Position numbers and translations under genes: made by a program | Source: Takakia lepidozioides | Taxonomy: Eukaryota; Plantae; Bryophyta | DNA: 64,000 nt | Assembly (NCBI GenBank): GCA_030704615.1 | Contig: CM060732.1 | Location: 42,656,001 to 42,720,000 of the forward strand | Direction of reading: 5' to 3' | In this document: piece by piece, positions 38,947 through 52,509 of the stretch | Layout: the number at the start of each line of letters is the position of its first letter | Position numbering within the stretch: position 1 is the first letter of the stretch | Notes under the pieces: model-generated | The model's input: only the letters and a program-made list of their open reading frames with translations | Told to the model about the DNA's origin: nothing | Databases searched by the model: none

Positions 38947-41450
38947 CTACCCATGTGTTGTATCCCGCTGCAAAAGAGTATCGACCTCGTTGAAACTCAT
39001 AGTGGCCTGGTGAATGAAGTTGTCACGTTTGGGATCGCAAACCATCCTCCTCAAAAATATGAAATACAAATGTTTGTAGGGTATGAATTTACCTCTCTTG
39101 CCCAAACTGGTTGATAGCATATTCACAAAATCAGGACATGTGCAATTGGGGAAATTGGAAACCGTGATGTCGTAGGTCCTGTCATGAACAGCAGATGTGG
39201 AAGTGATGATTGTGAATACCCGACCATATCCTGGATCGGGTACTTCCGTGGTGCTTCCGACACGAGCTTGGAGCATTCTTGCGGACTCCACTTTGCCAAA
39301 GTGTTCAGCGGTTGGAGGGAAACGCCGAACGAGCTTTCCATCTCGTTTGGTTGGCCACAAGTCAGGATTTGCCGGGGGGACCCGGGAGGACGCAGGGAGT
39401 AGTAGCACATGCATGGAGTTTGGGGTTGTCTCGCAAGGGAAAAAACCTGCCTCCTCCAGCATTTCAATCTCCTGAAAGCTGAGATGTGTTCCCACCTTCA
39501 CGGGCCAAACGGTTGGAGGAGATGGCTTCATCACTACGGAAGGACGCACAGTTCCATGCACACATCTGGCACAATCATCTGCGCAGAACCAGAACTTGTG
39601 GTTCTTGGCTTCTGGTTGACCGTATGGACGCATCAAGCCCGTGAAAGTCGGAGCAGGAGTTCGGGCACCACCTCTGGATATAGATGAAGTGCACTTCTCG
39701 AAATTAGTTGCCCTGATCGCTGTACATTTCACACGAGACCCGACACTTGTGCGTTCTATGTGCCAAACGTGGTCGGGGCATGCGGACTCAAGCACATCAA
39801 GGGGGTGTTTCTCTCCTGCACCATTTCAGTGGCACGGTTTGATGCTGGAGCTTGCCGTCGTGTTGGAGGTTCCTCCACAATGGAGGTTCCGGACACGGAG
39901 CTGTCATGCAGGGGAACACGAGGCTTCGAGAAGTTATCACGGTCTGCCCTGTGGGAATCTGAATCCGAACCAGGTGGAGTGTTCAATTTCCTCTTACAGG
40001 AGCCGAATCTCTCCTTCCCTTCAAGATGTGGAACTCTAGAAACAAGTGGCGTTCCCTGGGCATACATGCTCACCGCCCGTGCTATCTTGATTGGATCCCC
40101 AGATCTGTTTGCAGCACGCAACATCAACTCCGATTTGTCCGGACCCTTGCCACCAACCCCACCTCGTAAGAAATCACGGTATCGGGTTTGTTGTTGCAAG
40201 GCACGTATCAAATCATCTGTTGTTGCCACATACAAATCCCGACCTCGTTTCCCAGACTGCTGCAACCATGCATTGTGCACAGTTTCTGCCAAATTGCAAG
40301 ATGGCATGTCTGCCATTTCCTCAATGGACATGTTCTGCAAAGAGGATAACCACACTTCAGAATAGTGCACAGGAAACAACATAAAGAAAGCAATGAGTCA
40401 AAAATATGGAAAGCAAATGTATGAATAAAGCATGAAATAGAAGCCTCGTACCATTGTCATGGCTGCTCCCCACTGTCTATACCGGAAGTGCCAAAACGCC
40501 AGCCAATCTTCCAATGCTCTCATACTCTCAAGTGATGCAGCTCCAGAAGAGAACCACCAGGCACGAATTGTCTGGAACAAAGTGTCCGCCTCCTTCATTG
40601 TTCTAGCATCTTTGTACTCTTTGCACAATTTACGGTGCTGAGTCTGCATCTCTGGTTTGATGTCCGACTTTGTATGTTTTTCCAGAGATTGTGTCCAATG
40701 GAATAGACATGTACGCTCTCTTCCTGGCATAGGCACTTTTGGGTCGCCCGATCCGAAGACAATACGAATAGCATTGAAATTTGCTTGAGCACTATCCGCC
40801 ATGAAACCTGCGAAATTTGGAGATGGCAGCCCATGGCAGCCCATGACACGTACCAGGGAATTCCACATGAGCTTCTGGGATTCCGTATCCTCGGATTGCA
40901 TGTCACAAACTGCAATTGTCATAACTCGTTGGTACACTGGATCGTAGACATGACAAGCCATTGTCGTCCAATCCTTCACTCGTTTCACATGATCAAACAT
41001 AAGAAAATAGTTCTGCAAGTCCCCAGTCTTCTGCATCCGCTTCACGAGGCTAACCCCACTGCCCTCCCCAACAGTCGACATTTTGAAAAGAAAAACTTTG
41101 ATGGCACCTTGACCTGGGAATACATTGTCCTGGATGTAATCGTACTTGCTCAGTCGTTTCAATTCCAAAATATTGTCTATGTAGCCTCTGATCCCAGAGC
41201 CCATTCTCAATGCATTGATCTGATGCCGAATGTTAGGTGAACTTAAAGTGGAGAAATGATCCATGACCAGGTCCAATGCTGCACCGTCAAGTTTAGTCCC
41301 CACAGAATCTCCTTCACTCAAAATATGGCTTTCCAAGAAGGATTCATATTCGAAATGATGACGATCCCGAAGATAAGCAGGTCGACAACGACTTTTCATG
41401 TGAGTAAGTGCTAAACCCTCTTTGGGAGTCATACTCAATTTCTCGATAAC
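38947..41450 (-). mobile_element. MULE transposase copy c: DDE core plus SWIM finger, intron ~40336-40451, one frameshift
   Basis: MFDHVKR (D), FMADSAQ (D), RTCLFH (CxxH), CNLAETVH (E), and CTCPDF...IPYKHLYF (SWIM-like). Confidence 0.85.
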
Positions 41451-42429
41451 ATCAAAGTTACAATAATAACTTTTTCAGGCTGTCTTTCAGGAAAGCCAGC
41501 GGTGGATCTTCAGGAGATACAGTCATTTCTGGCGAGTCTGTTTTCGACAGCCCCCTTTCCAATTTTCTGCTCCCTGTTTATGCCGAAGCAATGGCACTTC
41601 ACGCGTCCGAGTCCCTATCCCCTGACTTTTTAGTGGCCAGCCGTAGGTGTATCCAGCGTGGATCCGGTGTTCTTAAATACTTAGACTTAGATGCAGAGGA
41701 AGAGGGGATACATTGTACTGACTCTGAGTCAGACTGAACTGTATTCTTTTAATATTCATTTTCATATTATCTGGTAAACGTTGAATCCCCTTACTCTACC
41801 GTAGTTGTTCCTTTAGAACAAATAATAATCACAGAATCAACTTTCGTTTAAATTGCTATATGTATGAATCCATCTCACAAACCTTCCTGACTCTTCTCAT
41901 ATCCATTGTGCATTCATCTACACTGTATTCATGCGTGCTCCATTCATGAAAGCTTCCTTTGTACAACATCCATTGTACATTCATCCTCTGTACTCTTTAA
42001 TCCACCCCACAAACCTTCCACACTCATTTCATATACTTTGTGCATTCGTCAAAAGATTTGGTCATGCATCTTCCTGTCATGAATTTTTGTCATTGCTCAA
42101 CATCCATTATACATTCATCCATTTTACTCTTATCCATCCGTCATTCATCCATCTACATAGATTTTTCAAACTCATCCATCTGTTTATCATCCAACTGTAC
42201 ATTCATCCATCATTTATTCAATGCCTTTTATTATGTCGTCCAGCTTGTTTCCGCGGTAAAGGGTGCCAATCCGCGGGAATACACTCCACTTCTTTCTGGG
42301 TGCGTGGTGACTCGGCCTCCACGTGTGATGACGTGGACTGAGCCCCGTGACGTGGCATTTGCGCAAGGTGACGTGGCGTGAGCGCAGTCGCGCTCACGTG
42401 ACCAGGCTCACGCCGAGGCATCCCTGAGT

Positions 42430-42662
42430 AAGCCGCAAGTCTGTGACAACTCCCGAGATGTGGTTTGGGAAGTCTGCACCGACTTCCGGGTTCGGGCTCG
42501 AGAAGTCTGTACAGACTTCCGGGATCTGCTTTGGGAAGTCGACACAGACTTGCGGGTTCGAGTATGGGAAGTCGACACAGAGTTTGGGGATGAAGACTTC
42601 ATGGATCTCATGGCCCTGATGCCGACTTCTTTGCAGGGTTTCGGAAGTCGGCACAGACTTCA
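42430..42662. repeat. Second GAAGTC-N6-GACTTC palindrome array (~33-bp period)
   Basis: Copies at ~42436, 42469, 42501, 42535, 42568 and 42644. Confidence 0.8.
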
Positions 42663-43519
42663 GATGTATAGCATATAGCTACTGATCGGAAATAGGGGAT
42701 ATAATGTCTATAACCGCGGACAGAATCAGAAAAGACCTTAAAGGTGTCGACTTTCCTATTCATTTCCGCATGCAGTCCCAAACCCAAACCTGCAGCCTAG
42801 CTTCGGGATTGCTCCGTTTCAGGTTCGGTGGGTTCTGCTCATGGCTCATGAGAATTTGCTCATGGCTCATGGAAAATACAGACCCCATATTTTAGGACCA
42901 TGCTCTCAGTTGGGCTACTGAATGACAGATTTGTGGGCTGAGATTGGTTATACCCCTTGATGCTGACTAAGGGTTTCTCTGTAGGTGAGCCATTGGTGTT
43001 CATTGAAGTTGCACTCACCAAGGATTTCGAAGGCTCCATCTAGGTCTGGTCTGTATCTAACAAATCATGCTTTGGATTTGTGAGCTTTTTTTTCCTTGCG
43101 ATTCTACTCAAAGCAACTGTATTTGATGAATTTGGTTACTATTGTGTACTGCATCTTCAAGAAACTGGGTGTTTGAAAGAGTCACACAACGATGACGGCG
43201 ATGTTATCTGCGGCGTTTGTAGCAAGTGACAAAAGTTTGTGGTTGCGGTGCATTTCAGAAAGTGTTGTTCGACGAGCCCCCATGAGGCCACTGCTGTTCT
43301 TTTCTACTCAATCTCCTCTACACAGATGCTCCTCAAAACTGTCTTCTCCCCACATAACTTCATGAAATTGGACTGTATTCATGAGGGACTACATGATTGG
43401 TACATGGTGAGTTCTATTGCAGTTTAGGCTTTCATCTTTCCTGGAATTCTTGTTGTGCTGCTGATTTTACAATTTTAGCAATTACGAGAAATTGGACTTT
43501 TGTGTTGGATTTACTGTAT

Positions 43520-44340
43520 CACAATGTAGGGGATGGGAAGCTGATGCAATAATGTGTCTGGTGTGCGTGTGGACTGGTATGGATGATCAATGTGGTGGGT
43601 GAGTGGTATGCGACCGACGGTGTCATGGCCCTTTGCCTTGAGGGCGGGGGGTTGGGACACAAGAGGGGCTGCCCTTGTGGTGGGGGCAATGGCAGCAAAT
43701 AGGAAAGGGGACTGAAGCACCTTTGAGTGCTGAAGGCACTCAAGGAGGCGGTGGCGCTCACTAGAGCCCCACAAACCGGGTGGCGGTGGTGACGAGGGGT
43801 GGTGGTAGTGTAGGGAGTCGTAGTGGGGGTGGCATATGACTCACCATGAGGCTGAGGCCTTGTGTGGTGGGAGTCGTGGGGAGTCTTGGGATTCACCACG
43901 GTCCATTGGGGCCGTGGTGGGTGGGCCAAGACTCACCGTGGCTCACCACACGGACGATCGAGGGTCTAAGTGGTGGTGCACCAGATGTAGAGGGTGTTAC
44001 TTTTGGAACCCCCATGGACACCTACAGAAGTATATATAGGGAGTAGTAACCCCGAGAATGGTGCAAGCCCATTGGCCTCCCATTGGTGACCAAAAACTAG
44101 TGAGTAAGCATGCGAGCCAGAAAGCGACCAAGGTGTGGGAGCTGTTCCGGACTGCCATCTACCAAAGGGAATTTCCACTGAGCCCAACAGGTCGAGGGTC
44201 GAGTGGGAGTGTGAGAGGGACCGTTATGCCCCGGTGAGTATGGATATGTATGGAAGAATGCTAACATGATTTTATTGAAGTGGGGAGCTTTGCATCTGAG
44301 ATTCGTTGGGTAGACCTCTGCAAGAGTCAGTGTCCTTTCA
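43520..44340 (-). mobile_element. Possible further RNase H / zinc-finger LINE relic
   Basis: Fragments SHAYS..GHQ..AANG and LLCPNP..GHDTVG..H resemble the 14.7-18.5 kb architecture; heavily decayed. Confidence 0.3.
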
Positions 44341-46729
44341 AGACTCTTATGTTGCAGCACAAATTACAAGAGGAATGTGTGTTGAAGCATGATCCTTTTG
44401 AATTGAAGATTAAATGCGTTCATGTCAATTGAGTATCTGGTAGCTAGGCTGGAGCATGCGAGTTGAAAACACTTGCAGGGCCCTAAGGTAGAAATTCCAA
44501 ACTTTGTAAGCTGGTGGCCTTGCTGTTAATTTAGTAAGAATGGAAATTTTTGAAAAACAAGACTGACCCAGACAAGGACTTAATGCATGCTACAGTAAAT
44601 CGAACAACACAAACCAGTATGGTATGGCCAAGGTATGTACTAGATGTAACTGCTTTTTGTGTGGATTGATTGATGATATTTGAGCCCTCCCAGGCTACAG
44701 TGGTTGTTGCCGAAATTGATCACAGTCCAAGCTTATGGGGGATGAGGGAAATGTGTCCATGTCCAGTCAGTTCAAGGAGGACTTGTTACTGTCCATGGAG
44801 GAGAAATCCTTGAAAGCGGCTTGTGGGTCAGACAAGTAATCAAGGTTAATTTAAGGATTTCAACTCTTGAGTAATATATGTGCTAAGGTGAAAACAACTG
44901 GATAGACTTACCAATTGTGTCCAACCACTTATCTTTCAACAAGTTCTAATCTACATTCCTGAATATGAATCCTCGTGTGAGGAATAGAGACTGTGAAACA
45001 TACCCAGCTTTCATTTGTGCTCCTTCTAATGGAGCAACGGTTTAAAAGATTGTGCTCAATATTGTTGTTCGTGCACTCCTTCACATTCTATGCCCAAATG
45101 GTGATGTTGACAAAGAGAGGGATTGTAGGGATGCTGGCAAAGAGAGGAGTGTTGTGGGAATAATGTATCTTCTTCTCTCATAATCCCAACATGAGTGTCA
45201 CAAACACTGATTGCATCAATAGAGAAAGCATGTAGGAGAAAAGGTGGCGGGGAAGGTGGTTGGGCGTACCAGTTAGAAAAGGGTAAGATGAACACACCCG
45301 GGCGTTTTGTTGCTAGTCCATGGGGCCCGCTCGGTGATCAGTGACGTGGTCCATAAACACGTCTGCTGGAAGTGTTGCTAATTCTGGCAATAGAATGTCT
45401 GACTTGGAATGTGACTAAAAAATTGTTAATGTTTCCAAATCTGCACCTGCTGCATTCGTGAAATGCTTTGAAATTTTGCAAATCAGTGAGGAATCCCACA
45501 TGGCACATAATGATCATCGAGAATTCCAATTGTGATGTAGATTTCAGCCCCCATGGCCTGTTTTCTGTGACAGTGTACTTGGATGTCATTTTTCCCACCC
45601 TAATTTCACATACAAAGGAGTCCCCTCAACTATTTGGATTTTGCTTCTGAAATTTGGTGACAATGTCACATAGATGGCAAGGGTACTGAAAGTGATGAGC
45701 ATTCACAGAAGAGTTGGTCAAACCATTTTTTTATAACCCAATTTTGGGTGGACTTGCAAAATGAGGCAACTGGTTTTGTTATATTCTCACAGATTCAACG
45801 GTCAAAACTTTGCTACATTGTGGATGAAGCAGATAGGGATGGATTCATAAGGTTCATTTCGATGGATGATTTAGGGTAGGTAGATACCTCATGAATGAGG
45901 CTATATACTCATTTAGGAATAATGTGTAAATAAGGAGTAAAAACTATTATAATTAAAATTCATAATCATCAAATAAAATAAAATATGTTGTACTTTAAAA
46001 ATAAAATAAAATATTGTGTTGTCTTAGACTGTCTATTGGATTGTTTATTTCATCCACCAACCTATACTTTTATGTCAAACATCGTTATTTTTCTGTTCAA
46101 TATGTAGCACTAATAATTTGACAAAAGAAATTCCGTATTTCTTATCACAAAAATTCATCCAATACATTATGTTGCATTTGATGGCAACAAGATCCTCCAA
46201 GTTAATACAATCCGTCCATTTCGTCGTTACTTATGTATTTTTATTTTTTTATGGAATTATGCATAGTCAAGACGAGATTACCTACTTTTAACGTTAAGGT
46301 CCAAGCTATTATTAGCGTTAAGGTAGTTGTAGACCAAAATGAATGTGTAATCATTCCCTTAAGGCATCACCCAATAAAGAGGAGTCTTTTATAAAGTATA
46401 GATATATATTATATATTGGAATCATTAATTTCGATTCATTTCAACATCATTGTCTTATTGCAATGTTGTCTATTCAATTGGACAATGCAATGATCATAAT
46501 ATGACGATGGTATGTTGACATTGTAGATTTGTCTCCATTGACAAATGTTTGATCGACATCGAACCTTTGAAAATGTCTTGACATTCTATCAATAGTTTTA
46601 AAATAAAAAATCAGAATAGTTTGTGTGTCTTACTAGTAACTTTCATTGAATTTTTATTTAACGTGATTGTCACAATATGTAGGAGCTCAATTAGACCTCA
46701 ACTTCTTTCGTGAAGCATACAACAACAAT

Positions 46730-47212
46730 ATGGATGCCAAAAGTGTGTTGATCAAAACGGTGTTGATACTTCTATGTCTCATAGTTTCCATAATCCCAGC
46801 TAAGAGTGCTGATTGTTGTTTTCCAAATACCAACGGGGGTTGTTGTTTATATCAATCAACCAGCCTAAATAGTCAAATATACTACCTAAGTAGTCCGTCT
46901 TCGACATACAATCTTGCCATGCAAAGTGACTGCAATTTGGTGTTATACAAGATAGCTACTGGGCAAGCACTATGGAGCAGCGACACATATGACAAAGGTT
47001 CCAACTGTTACGCTTCTATGCAAGGTGATGGAAATTTGGTGGTTTACAATGGAAACGGAGGTGAGCTTTGGAACACTGGTCCACATACTTGTCCACAAGG
47101 AAATGTACAAGAATTCATTCTTGAGATACAAGATGATGGGAATCTTGTTATTTATTGCGTTAGTCCCTCAATGAACAATCCTGTGTGGAGTACTGGAACA
47201 AATGGTGAATAA
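46730..47212 (+). CDS. Secreted GNA-related (bulb-type) mannose-binding lectin, intronless
   Basis: Signal peptide MDAKSVLIKTVLILLCLIVSIIPAKSA; three QxDxNxVxY motifs (QSDCNLVLY, QGDGNLVVY, QDDGNLVIY); WS(S/T) motifs. Confidence 0.93.
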   Translation: MDAKSVLIKTVLILLCLIVSIIPAKSADCCFPNTNGGCCLYQSTSLNSQIYYLSSPSSTYNLAMQSDCNLVLYKIATGQALWSSDTYDKGSNCYASMQGDGNLVVYNGNGGELWNTGPHTCPQGNVQEFILEIQDDGNLVIYCVSPSMNNPVWSTGTNGE

Positions 47213-48119
47213 TAATATTGTAAAATGACTTACAGATGTTAGCTCCAAATGCAATAGCTCAAAAATATGCTACTCGATGATGATGATGATAATGGTAACA
47301 TTTGAGATTTTTACGTCAAATAATTTATGGATTCATTGGAGTAAGATCATACTTTCAAATAAAGTGCACTGTAATTTTGGAAATCTGATGTTTATATGTG
47401 TTGTTAGGCCTTGGCTACAATTTCTAACAATGTTGATGTTTGTCCTAAAGAGCCATCTCAGATTCATCTCCCATTATGATTTCATCGTCATAAGTTGGTC
47501 ACTATTTTACTGGTAACCTTAGAAACTACTCCATCAACTTGTATATAGATTCTCAGACTTCTTGTGATGTGTGAACTTTGAAGGAGAACCATATAGGAGG
47601 TTGATGATTGATGATACTGATTCGAGTCTCTCAATGATTTAATCTGCCTTTTACCTATAGTCAGACAAAGCTACTTGCCTTCATATTTTAGTTCATTGTA
47701 ATATATTGTAAACTGTAGCTCATTCTAGCTCATTATAAGAGCATATCATGTAGAAGCAGACAGATTGCTGAGATACATTGTTTTATTTCTACCTCACATT
47801 GTAAAATTTTGTCGATAATTGAAGACAAAGACATCTTGAACTACGTCTGTGTCTGATCAATTGTAAAGGTAGTTGTATTTGCTTTTGCAATTCAGTTCAG
47901 AAAGACGTCTTAAAGATGCTGGAAAGAAACGGAAAAAATCTAGAAAGATGCCACATCATCAAACAACATTAACCCTCGAGCAGACGACATCTTCCTGGTC
48001 ATATGAATTTTCAATCTAATAAAATACAAAGAGAAATGATGGTAATTTCTTACTGGCATTTAAGGATACTCGAAAACAATTAAGCATTCATGTGGAGTCT
48101 ATGCACAACAACCTCACAA

Positions 48120-48783
48120 CGTAAGGGTTGAAGAAGAAAGTAGGCTCTCCTAGCGTGGGCTAAGGGCCAAGGAGTCTGGCTCAATAGAACACAATGGGAA
48201 CAAGAGATGAGATGGACGAGTTAGACAACCATCTTATAAGTGTACAAGAATTAGAATGTCTATGTTGTGCACCTAAGCATCGTGCCACAACATACATCGT
48301 TGTCCAACCACACTTCCTAGCATATAGTCCTAGAAAGCCACGCCACAATGATACGGAAATGGTGAAAAGAGGATAAACCACTCTATTATGTTATATAAGT
48401 CAAGCCAATGGCACCTTTGCTAAAGGACTCCACCATACAGACCTCACCCACTCTCCATCTCAAGTACTAGAGCTATGGCGGCGAGAGATGCCTCGGAAGG
48501 CTCGACTAAAATAAGACGATCCTGCCTACGTCTCATGTGGAGATAACCTCCCCACGTCCCAAGTGAGGTTCGCCACCTCACTTGGCACATGGAACCAAAT
48601 GAAGTCCCAATGCCAACAAAATACAAATATAAATGTATAATGTCCTAATTAGCTAGAAATAACTATTTCTAACTAATCACAAACAAAACCATGACAGCTG
48701 TCGTGCACCTAAGCATCGTGCCACAACATACATCGTTGTCCAACCACACTTCCTAGCATATAGTCATAGAAAGTCACGCCACA
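48120..48783 (-). repeat. Putative 3' LTR region of the DNMT-gypsy with an 85-bp internal direct repeat
   Basis: Repeat at 48263-48347 and 48699-48783, both TG..CA; PPT GCTAGGGGGGCGAT abuts on the minus strand. Confidence 0.6.
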
Positions 48784-49046
48784 ATCGCCCCCCTAGCTGG
48801 TGATTAAGTCCCTCTAACATCGGATAGCTTGCAAGTATCCACCCCAATAAGATCATCGCTTGGTCTTCAATCGCACAAGTCCCAACACCTGAAATCGGTA
48901 GATCAAGAGGCCGGGTGCAAATGTAGCCCCATCGTTAGTCGCCTTCATGCAATCCATGATCTTCAGTTGAGTATCCATGGCATGGAAGCCCCACTAACTA
49001 GACATTGGATCACTTGTCCGCCTCACCATTGTCATGCCCACTACCT

Positions 49047-49200
49047 CTATCCAAGGCATCGTGGACACAACCATTCTCCGATAGAAACCTCCTCAAGTGG
49101 CGGTGTCAAGCATCCCATGTGCCACCCCCTTGAGCATTTGTCACATACCAACATGGTTGCGGCGCCACCAGCATGCCCACATAGTATGCAACGCAACCCT
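49047..49200 (-). other. PHD finger at the integrase C-terminus
   Basis: CILC..MLVCDKCSRGWHMGCLTPPL..GEWLCPRC, a canonical C4HC3 pattern. Confidence 0.92.
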
Positions 49201-52200
49201 GCAGGTACCACTGCAAGGTTGAGATCTATCATCCCATCCACATGTGGAAGGTGACATGGCGCACATGGTCCTTCAATACCATGCCATCTCGATCCTCCAG
49301 AATCAACACCTCTCTGACCCTTAGAATCACACGTCCTGTTGTGACATCCAAGGTCGTAGGTGCTGTCTGCTGCAGATACACATAGTCCCCAGGGTGGAAA
49401 CGCCGAACACTTGGCCAATATCCCCCTCCACGTATAGTGACGTACCTCAATGTGTCTCGATGTTGGGCAATAGCAAGGTTCTCAAAAACCATAGGCATGA
49501 CTCTCTTGAACAACTTTGCCCGCTGGGCACATGCTTGTATACACATCCGGATCATCAAGATTGAGAACTATTGCAGCCTCCTTGGAAATAGATGCAGGCA
49601 AATCCGGCTCTCGGCCGAAGAGAAGAAAGTAAAGTGAGAAGGAGGCAAGTGAAGCTTGTTTGCTGAACCTATAGCCCATAGCTAGCCAAGGCAGTTGAAG
49701 GTCCCAATCTCCTAGGTGTCCATTCTGCAAACCGTACTTGCGCAAACCTCTCTTGACTGTCTGAACAATTCTCTCCGCCAAGCCATCAGCCTCCGGATGA
49801 TCCCAAGAAGTAGTGCGGTGATATATCAAGGCTTGCTCACACAAAGCCTGAAATTCCCCCAAGAATTCTCTCCCCTGGTCCGTGAGTACCTTGGCTGGAG
49901 CACCAAAATGGCTAAGCACTCGATCTAATAATGCATACGCAGCCCCCTCACTTCCCTTGTCAGGCAATGCCACCAGTTCAATCCATTTGGAGAAATGTTC
50001 CACCATCACCAGCACATACTTGTTATGGCGAATTGTCAGTGGCAATGGGTCTGCGAAGTCAAGACTCCAATGATAGCCCAAACCCATAATGGGTAAATGA
50101 TGCAATTGTGGAGTAGGGGCGTTGAAAGAAGCCTGCACTCTGTCACACACCATGCACCTTGCCACTAACTGTTGCACATCCGTATGCATGCCCCGCCACC
50201 AATACTGCCCTTGCAGCAAACTATGAGTGCGTCGCACCCCAAAATGTCCCAACTCCTCATGGGCATGGCGTACCAATCGCGCTCGTTGTGTTGGATGAGG
50301 CACAATCCTCACTCGTCCATTCTCCCATACCCGGAGTATGTGAGTCCCTTCCCACTTGAACCTCTTGGCTCATTGTAGGACCCGATCCCTCTCCTTAGCA
50401 GTCACAGTGGCTGCTGTCTCTCCGGTACAAAGGTATGCCAACACTGCTGCATCTTCATGCACATCCTTAGCACCACCAAACTCCTTATTAGTCTCTGGAT
50501 TGTCATGCACGCTATCTACATGACCAATCGCATGGGATGAACCAGCTTGAGCTCCCATTGCTAGAATGCACAAAAAGGCCGATGCATGCCATCCTGGCAC
50601 CATCTCCTCATCCGTCTCACCATGCCACCGAGCTCCAGTATCATCATGCTTGCTCGTGCATGGATTATGACTCAATCCATCTGCATCCCCATTGACAATA
50701 CCGGCTCGATGCACCACCTAGAAGTCGTACTCTTGAAGCATAAGTGCCCACCGTGCAAGCTTCCCTGTAAGCTTGTCTGACTCCATCAACCACTTCAATG
50801 GTTGGTGATCCGTGACAATGGTGAAGAGATTGCCATAGAGGTAGCATTTGAAATGTGCCACTGCCCATACCGCAGCTAGACACTCCCCTTCATAGGAACT
50901 ATACTTCGTCTCGGCATCATTGTTCGAGCAGCTAACATATGTTACTACGAACTCTCTTCCCTCATCATCCACCTGTGTGAGCACTGCTCCAATCCCCAAC
51001 ATACTCCAATCCGTATGTAGCTGGAAAGGCCGCTCCCAATAGGCCGCCTCAGAATAGGTGCAGAAGTCAATCGAGCCTTGAGTTCCTCAAAGGCTTCCTC
51101 CTGCTCCTCCTCCCACTGCCACTCCTCACCCACCTTGGTCAACTTGGTAAGAGCCTTTGCAATGCTGCTAAATCCCTTGACAAACCGTCGATAGTAGTTT
51201 GCCAATCCCATGAAAACACGAACTCTGCTCACATCCATGGGGTGTGGAATGCATGCAATGGCGTGCACCTTTGTCTATTGAACACCCAATCCTCCAGGGT
51301 ATATCATGTGGCCCAGATACTCAATCTGATTGTGGAAGAACTTGCACTTTCCGGGGTGCAGTTTCAACCCGTGCGCTCTCAAGTGCTCAAACACCACCTA
51401 AAGGTGTTTCTCATGCTCCTCAACCGTAGCACTAAAGTCAATGATGTCAATGTAGCACCGGACAAAGTCTAGCCCCGCGAGAATCCTATCCATGACTCTC
51501 TGAAACTCTGCAGGAGCATTCTTCAACCCAAACGGTAAGAACTGCCATTGGTACAAACAATCATTCCCATGTTGGTCAATCCCCCAAAATGCCGTCTTTT
51601 GCTTGTCAGCCTCTTTGATTGGCAATTGGTGGTAACCGGATCGCAAATCCAATGTGCTAAACACCTTTGCATGCCCAATGGCATCAAAGATCTCCTCTGG
51701 AGTTTGCATGGCATATCTATCGGACTTAGTCTGACGGTTCACAGGACGATAGTCCCCACACATCCTTCTTTCTGTCCAATTGCCATAGATATCCTTCTTA
51801 GCTGACATCACCGTTGCCGAGGCATACTCCCCGCCTGACAACTCCACCAATCCAGCTTCGAACAACTCCATAGTCCGTGATTGGATCAATGACCTCTCCA
51901 TGTCACTATACCGGTAGGGCCTTTGAAAGATTGGCGTGTCACTTGCCAAATCAATACGAATCTCCTGACCCTTCAAACTCCCCAAATCCTTCAAATTGAA
52001 GGCAAAACAATTTCTATAAGCCCTTAGAAATCGCTGGATCCTCCGTCTCTTTCCTCCAGTGACTGTAAGTCCAACATTTGGTTCCCAATTGTCCTCAGTG
52101 ATTGCAACCTTGGGTACACCAAGCTTGGAGGTAGGAGACGAATCCTTTGGTTGCTAGATAACAACCTCTTGGGCCTTGTCCGCCCAATCTGACTGTGGCG

Positions 52201-52509
52201 TAGCCTCCACTTGCTCCGCCATAGCCACCTTGAGAAATCCTCTGAGCAAGAAACATTCTCAACCTCTTCAAAAATCTTGGCCACCTTGGCCTCCAACTGA
52301 TCCTCAGTCCATGGCTCTCCCCACTCCTCATACTACTGCTTGAGAGATCCAATGACTATCTCTTTGCGCATATCATCCCACTTTGCTATGGGTGTTTGCA
52401 ACCCACGATCCTGTGCTCACCCCCACTCACTGCCTCAACCGTCCCGGTTGGCAGGGAGGGTGTACCATCCAATGGGAGTGCAGAAGTAGCCATCAATGCT
52501 TGCAATCTC

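Noticed and set aside
39760-40365. 201-aa + strand ORF and similar long antisense ORFs
   Set aside because: Shadow frames opposite TE coding sequence.
42430-42662. CRISPR-like palindromic repeats with spacers
   Set aside because: Repeats are 18 bp and degenerate, spacers are ~15 bp and similar to each other, there are no cas genes, and the context is a eukaryotic TE.
43150-44840. Exon-like fragments (DVICGVC; MSSQFKEDLL)
   Set aside because: Cannot be assembled into a recognisable gene.
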